64,000 nt of DNA. It comes from an uncultured Candidatus Saccharibacteria bacterium. GTDB taxonomy: Bacteria > Patescibacteriota > Saccharimonadia > Saccharimonadales > JAUPVS01. The notes beneath the pieces are model-generated. The model was not told the DNA's origin. It did no database searches and saw nothing but the letters and a program-made list of their open reading frames with translations. The DNA lies in contig CAYWVZ010000003.1 of NCBI GenBank assembly GCA_964462215.1, forward strand, positions 8,752 to 72,751. Reading direction: 5' to 3'. Position numbers and translations under genes: made by a program. Shown piece after piece: positions 55,707 through 64,000 of this stretch; positions within the stretch are counted from its first letter, which is position 1; each line of letters opens with the position of its first letter.

Positions 55707-56122
55707 TTTTTGAACGCTCCTATATCTTTGAGAGCTTGGCCAAAACCAAGCAGCGCTTTTTTAATATCTTCCTCTTTGAGCTTGATGTCGTCGGTATCAC
55801 TCATGATTTTCATAGCAAATTTGTGGGCCGACCATACGGCGTCGTGGTTAGTGAACTGTTTCTGGGCGTTAACCAACCGCTCGCCCATAGACTTACCCTT
55901 AAAACGCAGGCGCTTCAAAGCCCGGTCCAGCAACTGGTCGGCGTCAACCACGGCTTCGCCCCATGTCTCTTTGTTGGCCAGCAACTTCTGCAACTCTTTC
56001 CATTTAGTTTGGAAGTCCTGCGGTTTGATCTTGCGCGGTTTGCGTTTGAAGCGTATGCCCAAGATTATTGTTATAAAAACGACAACGAGTGCCGCTATAC
56101 TGACGATCGTAAATGTATCCAT
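55703..56122 (-). CDS. single-pass membrane protein (139 aa) inserted between gatA and gatB
   Basis: TAATG overlap with gatA and ATGA overlap with gatB. N-terminal TM helix followed by a charged helical domain; no family recognized. Confidence 0.65.
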   Translation of the reverse strand: MDTFTIVSIAALVVVFITIILGIRFKRKPRKIKPQDFQTKWKELQKLLANKETWGEAVVDADQLLDRALKRLRFKGKSMGERLVNAQKQFTNHDAVWSAHKFAMKIMSDTDDIKLKEEDIKKALLGFGQALKDIGAFKK

Positions 56123-57573
56123 TAGATAACTCCTTCTGTGGCTCGCGCGAGGCCCAGCAGCTGACGATCGTGCTTTTGGGCGGCCATTAATTGTAATCCG
56201 ACGGGTAAGCCGTGGCTGCTGCCGGCCGGAATACTGATAGCTGGCACTCCAACCAGATTAGCGGCAACGGTCATAATGTCCTGCAGGTACATTTGCAGCG
56301 GGTCGTGGGCAAGTTCTCCGATTTTGAAAGCGGTGGTCGGTGCTACCGGGCCAGCCAGGTAGTCAACTTCTTTGAAGACCTGGTTGAATTCGTTGATGAG
56401 CTTAGTCCGCAGCCGCTGGGCTTTTTTGTAATAGGCGTCGTAATAGCCGCTGCTAAGCACATAGGTGCCGATCATGATCCGCCGCTTGGCTTCGCGGCCA
56501 AAGCCTTGGCTGCGAGCCAGCGAAAAGCTTTCTTCGAGGTCTTTGGCTTGGGGAACGGCGTAGCCGAAATGCTGGCCATCGTAGCGGCTCAAGTTACTGC
56601 TGACTTCGGCCGGGCAGATGATGTAGTAGCAGGCCAGGGCCAGCGGCAGCGACGGCAAACTGACCGGCTTGACGTCGGCACCAGCTTGTTTGAGCTTGGT
56701 CAGGACGGCAGCGACTTGCGTGCGGACGCCATCGTCCAGCGCGTCAGTCATATATTCTTCGATGACGCCAATTTTGCGGCCTTTCAAATTGGAGTCAAGG
56801 TCGATGTAGGCGTGAGTGTCGCGCTCGATACTGGTGCTATCCAGCGGATCGCGACCGGCCATGACGTCGAGCACAATCGCGGCGTCTTCGACGGAAGTAG
56901 CCAGCGGGCCGATGACATCGGTGCTGCTAGCCATGGCAATGACGCCGGAACGGGAGACCAGCCCATAGGTGGGCTTGAGGCCGACAGCCCCGCAGAAGCT
57001 GGCCGGCTGGCGGATCGAGCCGCCGGTGTCGGTGCCGATGGCAAAAGGGGCCAGCTGCAAAATGACGGCGGCGGCCGATCCGCCAGACGAGCCGCCCGGT
57101 ACGCGCTGAGGGTCATGCGGGTTTTTAGTGATGGCGAAGTCACTGTTTTCGGTGCTGGCACCGTGGGCAAAAGCATCAAGATTGGCTTTGCCGACGCAAA
57201 TGGCACCTTCCAGTTCCAGCTTGTCGATAGCCGTTGCCTGGTACGGCGCCTCAAAGCCCTTGAGGATGTTGCTGGCGGCAGTAGTTTCACTACCAAAGGT
57301 CAGGAAGTTGTCTTTGGCGATGAACGGCGCGCCCGCCAGCCGGCCGACCTGTTCGCCGTTGGCCACCCGTGCGTCAATCTCGGCGGCACGGCTGCGGGCG
57401 CGCCCGGCCGTCGTGACAATCACGGCGTTATACTCCTGATGTTTCTCAATGGCCGTAAGCGAACGTTCCACCAAATCGGCAGCCTTGAGCTCGCCAGCCT
57501 GAACTTTGGCAGCCAGTTCGGCAATCGACGGCCAGGCGTCAGCAAGGCCGGACAAACCGGCAGCGGCGGCCAT
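56122..57573 (-). CDS. gatA: Glu-tRNA(Gln) amidotransferase subunit A
   Basis: Amidase signature GGSSGGSAAAV, 483 aa. Confidence 0.95.
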   Translation of the reverse strand: MAAAAGLSGLADAWPSIAELAAKVQAGELKAADLVERSLTAIEKHQEYNAVIVTTAGRARSRAAEIDARVANGEQVGRLAGAPFIAKDNFLTFGSETTAASNILKGFEAPYQATAIDKLELEGAICVGKANLDAFAHGASTENSDFAITKNPHDPQRVPGGSSGGSAAAVILQLAPFAIGTDTGGSIRQPASFCGAVGLKPTYGLVSRSGVIAMASSTDVIGPLATSVEDAAIVLDVMAGRDPLDSTSIERDTHAYIDLDSNLKGRKIGVIEEYMTDALDDGVRTQVAAVLTKLKQAGADVKPVSLPSLPLALACYYIICPAEVSSNLSRYDGQHFGYAVPQAKDLEESFSLARSQGFGREAKRRIMIGTYVLSSGYYDAYYKKAQRLRTKLINEFNQVFKEVDYLAGPVAPTTAFKIGELAHDPLQMYLQDIMTVAANLVGVPAISIPAGSSHGLPVGLQLMAAQKHDRQLLGLARATEGVI

Positions 57574-57866
57574 TATTCGACCATCCTCTTTACTTTAAAA
57601 TGCCCTTTTTCGGTAGCCGGCGCATTCTGCAGCAACGCCTGTTGGTCGGGCCCATAGTCCATAACCTCGTCCGGGCGCATCACATTCTTTAACCCCGTCA
57701 CCTGATAGGTCGGTTCAATCCCCTCCAGGTTTACCTCATGCAGTTGTGTAACGTATTCCAGCAAGGCGCTAATTTCGGCGCCAAACTGATCGATTTCTTC
57801 ATCAGTCAACTGCAGCCGCGACAGCCGGGCCAATTTTAAGACGTCATCACGAGTCAATTTGCTCAT
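57573..57866 (-). CDS. gatC: Glu-tRNA(Gln) amidotransferase subunit C
   Basis: 97 aa with a GatC-like sequence (VLKLARLSRLQLTDEE...). TAATG overlap with gatA. Confidence 0.88.
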   Translation of the reverse strand: MSKLTRDDVLKLARLSRLQLTDEEIDQFGAEISALLEYVTQLHEVNLEGIEPTYQVTGLKNVMRPDEVMDYGPDQQALLQNAPATEKGHFKVKRMVE

Positions 57867-57913
57867 AGGGTTTTTTCAGTATAGCACGGCTAACAGAGTT
57901 GCCGCCAGAGGCG

Positions 57914-58282
57914 CTAGTTAGGAAAGTTGCGGTAATAGCTGTCCGGTTTGACGGCCGCGTCGATAACAGCCCACAGCCACGCCACGAACACTCCCCATAA
58001 ACCCAGCGTCACCACGCTTAACACCAAGTTGAGCCAGAATTTCCAGGCGTCTTTTTGATAGGTATAAACCCAAGTCCAAAAACCCAGGAATACTGCCAGG
58101 ATGACGGCCACGGCCTTGTCTTTGGGTGCCGGCGCGCCCGCCGCAGCCGCCGGTTTGTATTCAATATCGCCAACTTGCACGCCACAATGCGGGCAAATCA
58201 CCGCCTCACGCTTAATGACTTCGCCGCAACTCGAACAAAATTGCTCGTCTTCTTTCTTTTGCCGTTTTTTAGCCTGTTCCAT
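57914..58282 (-). CDS. zinc-ribbon domain membrane protein
   Basis: CSSCG...CPHCG zinc ribbon followed by two Trp-rich TM helices. TGATATACT lies 7 nt before the ATG. Confidence 0.65.
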   Translation of the reverse strand: MEQAKKRQKKEDEQFCSSCGEVIKREAVICPHCGVQVGDIEYKPAAAAGAPAPKDKAVAVILAVFLGFWTWVYTYQKDAWKFWLNLVLSVVTLGLWGVFVAWLWAVIDAAVKPDSYYRNFPN

Positions 58283-58379
58283 GCCGGCCAGTATATCACC
58301 GATAACAGATGAAACCTAGAGGATTTGCCAAAACGCTTGTGTATGATGTACTATTGTTTCAATCATTGGAGACTGTTCA

Positions 58380-59237
58380 ATGGCCGAAGCAAGGGCCCAG
58401 ATCCCGACCACCACAGAACATGGCGAAGCTTGGATTGACAGTTTGAAAGTTGATTACACCTTGGAACGGCCAGTTGAAACGGCGGATCCGGTGCCATTGG
58501 TTATCATGCCCGGCTTCTTTGGTTTTGAAGAATCATACCGCGGCCTGGCCAAGGTAGCTGCTGGCCGCGGCAAACCGACCGTTACCTATACGCCGGAGCG
58601 CGGCAGTTGGCGGCACGCCTTTAGCCTGGATCAACTTGTCCATCCCGAAAAACTGCCGGCCCAGGCAGCTGCCGGCCTGTTGCGGGCACTCAATAAAGAC
58701 CACGGGTACGAAGCATCTGATGTTGCCCCGCACTCCCTTAGCGGACAGACGTTGGCAGCCCTGGATGATCAAGCCCTGCAGTATATTCGCCAAGCGCATT
58801 TACTAGCGCCAGCCGGCATCACCAACCACAGTTTAGTTGACTTGACACTTCGGGTACCTCGCCTGCTCAACGAGGAAATCCGCCAGGAATTCAACGTCAA
58901 GACCATGCCTTTCATCTTTAACCCCAAAGCACTCATACAGGCGGCCGTCTATCTGAAATATCCATGGCGTATACCGAGTGAGGGTATGTCGGTTAGCAGC
59001 TGCCGGATTCACGATGACTTGGAGCGTATCCAAAAGAGCGGCGTGGCCGTCACGGCCACCTGGTTCGTGCGCGACCCGCTGTTTAACGCCGAAGACGGCC
59101 ATCGCTGGACTAGCTGGCTATTACCGGGTGGTCACTCAGAAATTTTCGCTGATTTAACGGCCGGCCACGCCGCGCCGATCACCCGCGCCCAAGCACTTGG
59201 TGATTATCTGGTTCAGCGCAGCCTGGAGCTTGGCTGA
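58380..59237 (+). CDS. putative alpha/beta-fold hydrolase (285 aa)
   Basis: VIMPGFFG..., PHSLSG nucleophile-elbow-like motif, late D and H (LPGGHSE). GGAG lies 10 nt upstream. Confidence 0.5.
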   Translation: MAEARAQIPTTTEHGEAWIDSLKVDYTLERPVETADPVPLVIMPGFFGFEESYRGLAKVAAGRGKPTVTYTPERGSWRHAFSLDQLVHPEKLPAQAAAGLLRALNKDHGYEASDVAPHSLSGQTLAALDDQALQYIRQAHLLAPAGITNHSLVDLTLRVPRLLNEEIRQEFNVKTMPFIFNPKALIQAAVYLKYPWRIPSEGMSVSSCRIHDDLERIQKSGVAVTATWFVRDPLFNAEDGHRWTSWLLPGGHSEIFADLTAGHAAPITRAQALGDYLVQRSLELG

Positions 59238-59282
59238 CAGCCTAAAAAGAGAACGAGCCGAGAAGGCTACGGTCTAATCGGC

Positions 59283-60098
59283 TCAATCAGACCGTTTCTG
59301 CCCCATCACGGAACGAAAGCCAATGTCGGAGTCGGCCCCGTCGCCCGACCTGCTGAGCCCCGCCCGGTCACCAACGACGCGCGCATCCGGACCGCACAAC
59401 CAATCGTCAGCGTCGCGGCGATCTCTTTCGTGCTGGACAAAGCGGTTGAAAGTCTCGGTGTCAGGTCGCTGCGTACCGTGAATAATGGCGTCGGCGTCCA
59501 TCATGGCCCAAGCCAGGATCGGCATACCTTCAACTGTTACGGTTTCTGAGCCGCTGCCCTTTTGGATCAGCTTAGCCAGTTCAGCCTGTTGCTTGTTCCA
59601 TTTCTTGTTGGTACCGCGCAGAGCGACATCAGCTAGCACGATCTGGAGCGGTGCTTCCACCAGCTCTGATTGGCCGGCGCTTTCGGGACGAGTTTTGTTC
59701 CACCAGTCCGCCGGACGGTTGGTATACATTTCAGGCCATACGTACGTATCTGGAACAGTTTGGCCATTTTTTGGCTGGAGGGCATCATGGCCCCTAATAA
59801 CATGTGAGGGAGTCCACATACGCCCGTTTGCATCTTCAGCGCCCATAGTCAGGTGGACAACCGGCACCAGGTTATCAGGAATTTCGGTTTGACCCATAGC
59901 TTCCAATTGACCGGTAAAAGTATCTTCGGCTGCTTGCTTGTCTACGCCGAGGACAAGGTGTGCTACTTCGGCGGTACGGCCAGCGGCAGCGGCGATGGAA
60001 CCCACGCGGCCAGCGACACCAAAAGTGGTTGCCAGCACTAAATCATCCCGTTGTCCTATGGACGGGACTTCAAAATCTACGTGTTCAGCAGTGGTCAT
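59283..60098 (-). CDS. hypothetical soluble protein (271 aa), no recognizable family
   Basis: Long ORF with its own promoter and AAGGAG. No TM helix or signal peptide, no motif recognized. Confidence 0.6.
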   Translation of the reverse strand: MTTAEHVDFEVPSIGQRDDLVLATTFGVAGRVGSIAAAAGRTAEVAHLVLGVDKQAAEDTFTGQLEAMGQTEIPDNLVPVVHLTMGAEDANGRMWTPSHVIRGHDALQPKNGQTVPDTYVWPEMYTNRPADWWNKTRPESAGQSELVEAPLQIVLADVALRGTNKKWNKQQAELAKLIQKGSGSETVTVEGMPILAWAMMDADAIIHGTQRPDTETFNRFVQHERDRRDADDWLCGPDARVVGDRAGLSRSGDGADSDIGFRSVMGQKRSD

Positions 60099-60127
60099 AG
60101 TAACATCGACTCCTTAATTTCTCAATT

Positions 60128-60156
60128 ATACTATCACATTATATCACCTATGTCAA
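60128..60156 (-). promoter_or_regulatory. candidate strong promoter of the 271-aa gene
   Basis: Minus strand reads TTGACA-17 nt-TAGTAT preceded by TGA (extended -10), with a 29-nt leader containing AAGGAG. Confidence 0.5.
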
Positions 60157-60211
60157 CATGTCGCTCGGGCAAGATCTGGTTCAGTCGACACTGCGTAGAC
60201 AGCCGTGTAGT

Positions 60212-62176
60212 TTACAGTTTGCTCTTGAGATCGGCGATAATATCGCGCAGTTCGGCGGCTTTTTCAAATTGTAAGTTGGCCGAGGCCAGTTCCATTTGGC
60301 TGGTCAGGTCGCGGATGATGTGGCCGTATTCGTCTTTGGGAATCTTCTTGAGGTTGAGCTTGGCGGTTTTTGCTTCTTCGGGCAAGTCGGGGCGCAAGCC
60401 CTTCTCGACGGCCTTGGCGATACCCTGCGGCGTGATGCCGTGTTTGGTGTTATAGGCCTCCTGGATTTTGCGGCGGCGGTTGGTTTCGTCAATGGCGCGC
60501 TTCATGCTACCAGTGACGCTGCCCGCGTACATAATAACGTGCCCGTCGATGTGGCGGGCGGCCCGGCCGATGGTCTGGATGAGTGCTTGTTCACTGCGCA
60601 AAAAACCTTCTTTGTCGGCATCCAAAATGGCCACCAGGCTGACTTCGGGCAAGTCCAGACCTTCGCGCAGCAGATTGATCCCCACTACCACGTCGTAGGT
60701 ACCCAGGCGCAGGTCGCGCAAGATATCGGTACGATCCAAGGTATCGATGTCGCTATGCAGGTAGGTAACCTTGATGCCCAGTTCCTTTAGGTATTCGGTC
60801 AGGTCTTCGGCCATGCGCTTGGTTAGCGTGGTGACCAGCACACGCTGGCGCTTGGCAACGGTGTCTTTGATTTCGGCCAGCAGGTCGTCAACCTGGTTGT
60901 CGACCGGCCGGACGTCAATCGGCGGATCCAGCAAACCGGTCGGTCGGATGACTTGCTGGGCCGGCTTGGGGCTGCGGCTCAGTTCGTATTCAGCCGGCGT
61001 GGCACTGACATAGACCACCTTGTTAATATGTTTCTCGAACTCGCTGAACGTCAGCGGACGGTTGTCCAGAGCACTCGGCAAGCGGAAGCCGTGTTCTACC
61101 AGCACCTCTTTGCGGGCCCGGTCGCCATTATACATACCACGCACCTGCGGCATCGTCATGTGCGATTCGTCGACGAACATCAAAAAGTCATCGGGGAAAT
61201 AATCCAGCAGCGTAGCCGGCTGCTCGCCCTCTTCGCGGTTGGTTAAGTAACGGCTGTAGTTCTCGATCCCTTTCACGAAACCAGTCTCTTCCAACATCTC
61301 CAGGTCAAACCGCGTGCGCTGTTGCAAGCGCTGGGCTTCGAGCAACATGCCGTGTTTATTGAAGTAGGCCAGCCGCTCCTCCAACTCGTGCTCGATATTG
61401 CCCATGGCCACTTTGAGCTTGTCGTACGGCGTCACGTAGTGGCTGCCCGGGAAAATCTTGTATTCGTCGAGGTTGGCTAGGATTTCGCCGGTCAGCGGGT
61501 CAATCTTAGTAATGCGGTCGATTTCGTCGCCAAAAAACTCGATACGGTAGGCTAGTTCTTCGCCGGCCGGAAACACGTCAACCACATCGCCGCGCACCCG
61601 GAAGGTGCTGCGATGAAAGTCAATGTCGTTGCGCTGGTACTGGATGTCGGTCAGTTGACGCAAGAATTTGTCGCGCACCCGGCGTTCGCCTTTTTTGACA
61701 GTAATCGACAGGCCGTTATAATCTTCGACCGAACCAATGCCGTAAATACAGCTGACGCTGGCCACAATGATGACGTCGCGGCGGCTAAGCAGTGCGTCGG
61801 TAGCGGCGTGGCGCAGGCGGTCGATCTCTTCGTTGATTTGGCTGTCTTTTTCGATGTAGGTGTCGCTGCGCGGGATATACGCCTCGGGCTGATAGTAATC
61901 GAAGTAGCTGACAAAATAATGCACGGCGTTATTGGGAAAGAAGTTGCGGAACTCACTGTAGAGTTGCGCAGCCAAGGTTTTGTTGTGGCTCAGCACCAGC
62001 GTGGGCTTTTGAGTTTGCTGGATGACATTGGCCATAGTGAACGTCTTGCCCGAGCCGGTAACTCCAAGCAGGGTCTGCTCTTTAGTGCCCTTCTTTAGCT
62101 CATCGGTCAAGCGGGCAATTGCCGCTGGCTGGTCGCCGGTAGGCTGGTATTTCGAGGTGAGCTTGAACGTAGTCAT
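60212..62176 (-). CDS. uvrB: excinuclease ABC subunit B
   Basis: Walker A GVTGSGKT, helicase motifs, C-terminal UVR domain ([11 protein letters not shown]). Start lies 6 nt after TGGTACAAT. Confidence 0.96.
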   Translation of the reverse strand: MTTFKLTSKYQPTGDQPAAIARLTDELKKGTKEQTLLGVTGSGKTFTMANVIQQTQKPTLVLSHNKTLAAQLYSEFRNFFPNNAVHYFVSYFDYYQPEAYIPRSDTYIEKDSQINEEIDRLRHAATDALLSRRDVIIVASVSCIYGIGSVEDYNGLSITVKKGERRVRDKFLRQLTDIQYQRNDIDFHRSTFRVRGDVVDVFPAGEELAYRIEFFGDEIDRITKIDPLTGEILANLDEYKIFPGSHYVTPYDKLKVAMGNIEHELEERLAYFNKHGMLLEAQRLQQRTRFDLEMLEETGFVKGIENYSRYLTNREEGEQPATLLDYFPDDFLMFVDESHMTMPQVRGMYNGDRARKEVLVEHGFRLPSALDNRPLTFSEFEKHINKVVYVSATPAEYELSRSPKPAQQVIRPTGLLDPPIDVRPVDNQVDDLLAEIKDTVAKRQRVLVTTLTKRMAEDLTEYLKELGIKVTYLHSDIDTLDRTDILRDLRLGTYDVVVGINLLREGLDLPEVSLVAILDADKEGFLRSEQALIQTIGRAARHIDGHVIMYAGSVTGSMKRAIDETNRRRKIQEAYNTKHGITPQGIAKAVEKGLRPDLPEEAKTAKLNLKKIPKDEYGHIIRDLTSQMELASANLQFEKAAELRDIIADLKSKL

Positions 62177-62199
62177 CTCCTCATTGTACCAAGAAGTAC

Positions 62200-62445
62200 C
62201 TAATTATAGCGAGGCAGAGCCGGAGCCTGCTGGCCCGGATTCGGAAATGATTGCCCATTGGGAGTGGTGCACACTTCCGGGTAGCTCTCGCGCACCGGGT
62301 TACCAGCGGCTACGCAGTCTTCGAATGACCTAACCTGCCTATCACCCATCACCGCCCGCATAACGGTATACCCGCCGAGCATTATAAGGACCAGGGTAGA
62401 AACGATGAGTACAAAAACCGACCGCCTTTGCGCGCCGGTCCTCAT
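62200..62445 (-). CDS. small secreted or membrane-anchored protein (81 aa)
   Basis: Start set at MRTGAQRR (ATGA overlap with the upstream gene). One TM helix, two Cys and a Pro-rich tail. Confidence 0.5.
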   Translation of the reverse strand: MRTGAQRRSVFVLIVSTLVLIMLGGYTVMRAVMGDRQVRSFEDCVAAGNPVRESYPEVCTTPNGQSFPNPGQQAPALPRYN

Positions 62446-63683
62446 GCCTTGAGCTTCTCGGGCGCGATCATGTTGTTGTCGAGTTGCTGCAAAACTTGTT
62501 GCTCCAGGTTCTTTTCGCCCATGTAGCGCACGAAGATTTCGTTCCACAGGGCTTCGCGGAAGTGGTAAATTGCCCGATTAGCATAGGGCAATTGGTCGAC
62601 ATAGCTGGCCGCCACGTCAAGCATGTTGAGCGGTATCGGCCGGTCGGCATAGATGCTAGCCACATAGTCAAGGTCGCGCCAAAACTCTAGCCCCGGATCG
62701 ACTTCATATAACAATTCTTCGGCGCGCCGCCAGTGCAGGTCCTCCGGCTGGACGTGCGGCTCAAAAATCTCCGGATGATATTCATTCTCGAGTTTGCCAA
62801 AGTAGCGTTGGATGACTCGCCAGTGGATCTGCTGACCGGCCATGATTGCCGCCTGGCCCGGATCGGCTATTAGCGTATCAACGATAATCTCACCGAAGTT
62901 AGGCTGGACCTGTTTAAGCTTGAAAAACGCCGAATACAAACGGATTTCATTCAGATAGTGGAATAGGAGCGGCAGGGCAAAAATAGTGATCCCCCGCAAG
63001 TGTGTGCCTGGCCCCAGCGGCAGCATCAAGATAACGCCGAGTTCCTTGAGGTGCGTGATGTTGTGGCGTTTCTTATGAATGAAATTGGCAGCTATATCGC
63101 CCCAACGGTCGAGCGGCATTTGTAAGATTTCGATTTGCCGGGTCTCGAAGTCACTGGGTTTGAGTTTCTTGTAGTTACCGAGGAACTTGTTGAGCCAGTC
63201 CGGCGACTCAGCAAAGCGCATCGCGCCATAAATTTCGGCCAGGTTTTCGCGTTTGAGCATCGAGTCAATAGAGCGGTACCCAAGGTGTTTCATAATGGCT
63301 TTAGGCGGCATTTTCTTCAGCATCTGTTTGGCCACACTGTGTTTGAGCACCCAACAGCTCTTGGGCGTTTTGACGTCTTCCCAGGCTTTTTTCATCAGTG
63401 GCATCAGCGCTTCGGCATCGTTCGGGTCGGTGCCGCCGATTTGTTTGACTAAATGTTCATCGTTTTTTTCAATTTTATTCAGCAGAGCGAAGTAGAGTTC
63501 TTTGCCAGTGGTGTCGTCGGGGTCCAGCCCCAACTCCTGTGTTTTAATGCGAACTTTACCGATGATTTCGGCGGTTAGGCGAACGTCGGCACCCGGGTTG
63601 CCGCTGGCCTCCTCCAATTGCTTAAGCGCCAGTGTAAACATTGGCTCCGTCGCCCCCAAAAGTTCTGACAACATTTTCGACAT
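62442..63683 (-). CDS. hypothetical protein (413 aa), no recognizable family
   Basis: Long ORF with coding-like composition. Start set at MSKMLSELL; the upstream extension was rejected. Confidence 0.65.
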   Translation of the reverse strand: MSKMLSELLGATEPMFTLALKQLEEASGNPGADVRLTAEIIGKVRIKTQELGLDPDDTTGKELYFALLNKIEKNDEHLVKQIGGTDPNDAEALMPLMKKAWEDVKTPKSCWVLKHSVAKQMLKKMPPKAIMKHLGYRSIDSMLKRENLAEIYGAMRFAESPDWLNKFLGNYKKLKPSDFETRQIEILQMPLDRWGDIAANFIHKKRHNITHLKELGVILMLPLGPGTHLRGITIFALPLLFHYLNEIRLYSAFFKLKQVQPNFGEIIVDTLIADPGQAAIMAGQQIHWRVIQRYFGKLENEYHPEIFEPHVQPEDLHWRRAEELLYEVDPGLEFWRDLDYVASIYADRPIPLNMLDVAASYVDQLPYANRAIYHFREALWNEIFVRYMGEKNLEQQVLQQLDNNMIAPEKLKA

Positions 63684-63768
63684 CTTGCTTACAGGGTACC
63701 ATGAGCGCTTTGGGCGGTAAAGCTTGTGCTTGCATTTTATCGCCCAAAGATGTATACTACACCATATT

Positions 63769-64000
63769 ATGGCACCAGAGCATAGCCCCATGGAGGGCAA
63801 TCATACCCCAGAAAAACAGCCCCTTATAGAGTGGAGCGACACACAGGTGCCGGTTGAGGGTTATGAATCTGAGGGCCTGGATCTTTTTGTGGGGGGTCTT
63901 AGGAATTACGATAAGACCGTGATGTGGGCCAATAACAAAACTGCTGAATTCATCCATCCGGAAGAAGAACGCCAGAAGCTCATACAAGCCAGGGAGGCGC
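63769..64000 (+). CDS. 5' part of a hypothetical gene running off the window
   Basis: ATG at 63769 is open to the window edge (MAPEHSPMEGNHTPEKQPLIEWSDTQVPVEGYESEGLDLF...). TATACT lies 10 nt upstream. Preferred over the antisense ORF 63757-63987. Confidence 0.4.
   Translation, partial: MAPEHSPMEGNHTPEKQPLIEWSDTQVPVEGYESEGLDLFVGGLRNYDKTVMWANNKTAEFIHPEEERQKLIQAREA

Noticed and set aside
56212-57657. 481-aa plus-strand ORF covering the whole gatA locus, with similar long antisense ORFs elsewhere (4137-4895 in fusA, 12118-12666 in rpoB, 15178-15789 in tig, 28995-29588 in the PBP, 33220-34519 in clpC, 43199-43954 and 43753-44598 over the malic enzyme, 54885-55493 in gatB).
   Set aside because: Each lies antisense to a gene with unambiguous conserved motifs. 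Their translations are low-complexity (Ala/Gly/Arg/Val-rich), typical of shadow ORFs in GC-rich DNA, and none has start signals.
63757-63987. 76-aa minus-strand ORF at the window end.
   Set aside because: It has an odd composition (Phe/His/Leu-rich). The opposite-strand reading frame starting at 63769 looks more protein-like and has a -10-like TATACT upstream. Either call remains weak.
1-64000. Looked for CRISPR arrays, rRNA genes, IS elements, transposases, integrases, prophage genes, recoded stop codons and further tRNAs.
   Set aside because: No regularly spaced direct repeats, no rRNA-like conserved stretches, no DDE/tyrosine-recombinase motifs and no in-frame stops interrupting conserved genes were seen. 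The only tandem or dispersed repeats are those reported. This was a by-eye scan, so short or degenerate elements could have been missed.

Overview
The window is a gene-dense, moderately GC-rich bacterial chromosome segment. About 60 genes are present, roughly 50 of them on the minus strand, and most are core housekeeping genes. The backbone includes rpoB-rpoC-rpsL-rpsG-fusA-tuf-rpsJ, tig-clpP, hisS, recG, rsmD, tyrS and a bifunctional PBP1. It also includes clpC-(HExxH protein)-radA, nusA, pepN, rnhB/yraN, rplS, a malic enzyme, a PilB-type ATPase, dnaE, galU, gatCAB and uvrB. One tRNA-Leu(UAG) is present. I saw no rRNA, CRISPR array, transposase or integrase, and the standard genetic code fits. 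Several traits suggest a reduced-genome, monoderm-type lineage (CPR/Saccharibacteria-like). These are a sortase-type (LAPTG) surface protein, an orphan PilB, extended ribosomal proteins, broken operon synteny and many small membrane proteins. That placement is an inference and cannot be confirmed without a database search. The most notable observations follow. (1) Two near-identical 39-nt promoter/operator modules carry a perfect CIRCE-type inverted repeat (HrcA operator consensus) directly in front of clpP and clpC, not chaperone genes. (2) At least 18 genes have a -10-like hexamer (often with an extended TGn) only 6-9 nt upstream of the ATG and no Shine-Dalgarno sequence, which suggests widespread leaderless mRNAs. 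(3) An AT-rich islet between tig and hisS carries a three-gene DUF3467 / unknown / RelE-ParE-like cassette plus two small membrane proteins. (4) An 805-aa sortase-anchored beta-propeller-repeat surface protein contains near-identical internal DNA repeats. (5) Several conserved operons are interrupted by unknown genes: rpsJ is followed by unknowns instead of rplC, gatA and gatB are separated by a membrane protein, and clpC and radA are separated by an HExxH coiled-coil protein. (6) Several unknown proteins have no recognizable family. Many long ORFs in the six-frame track are antisense shadows of real genes in GC-rich DNA and were discarded.
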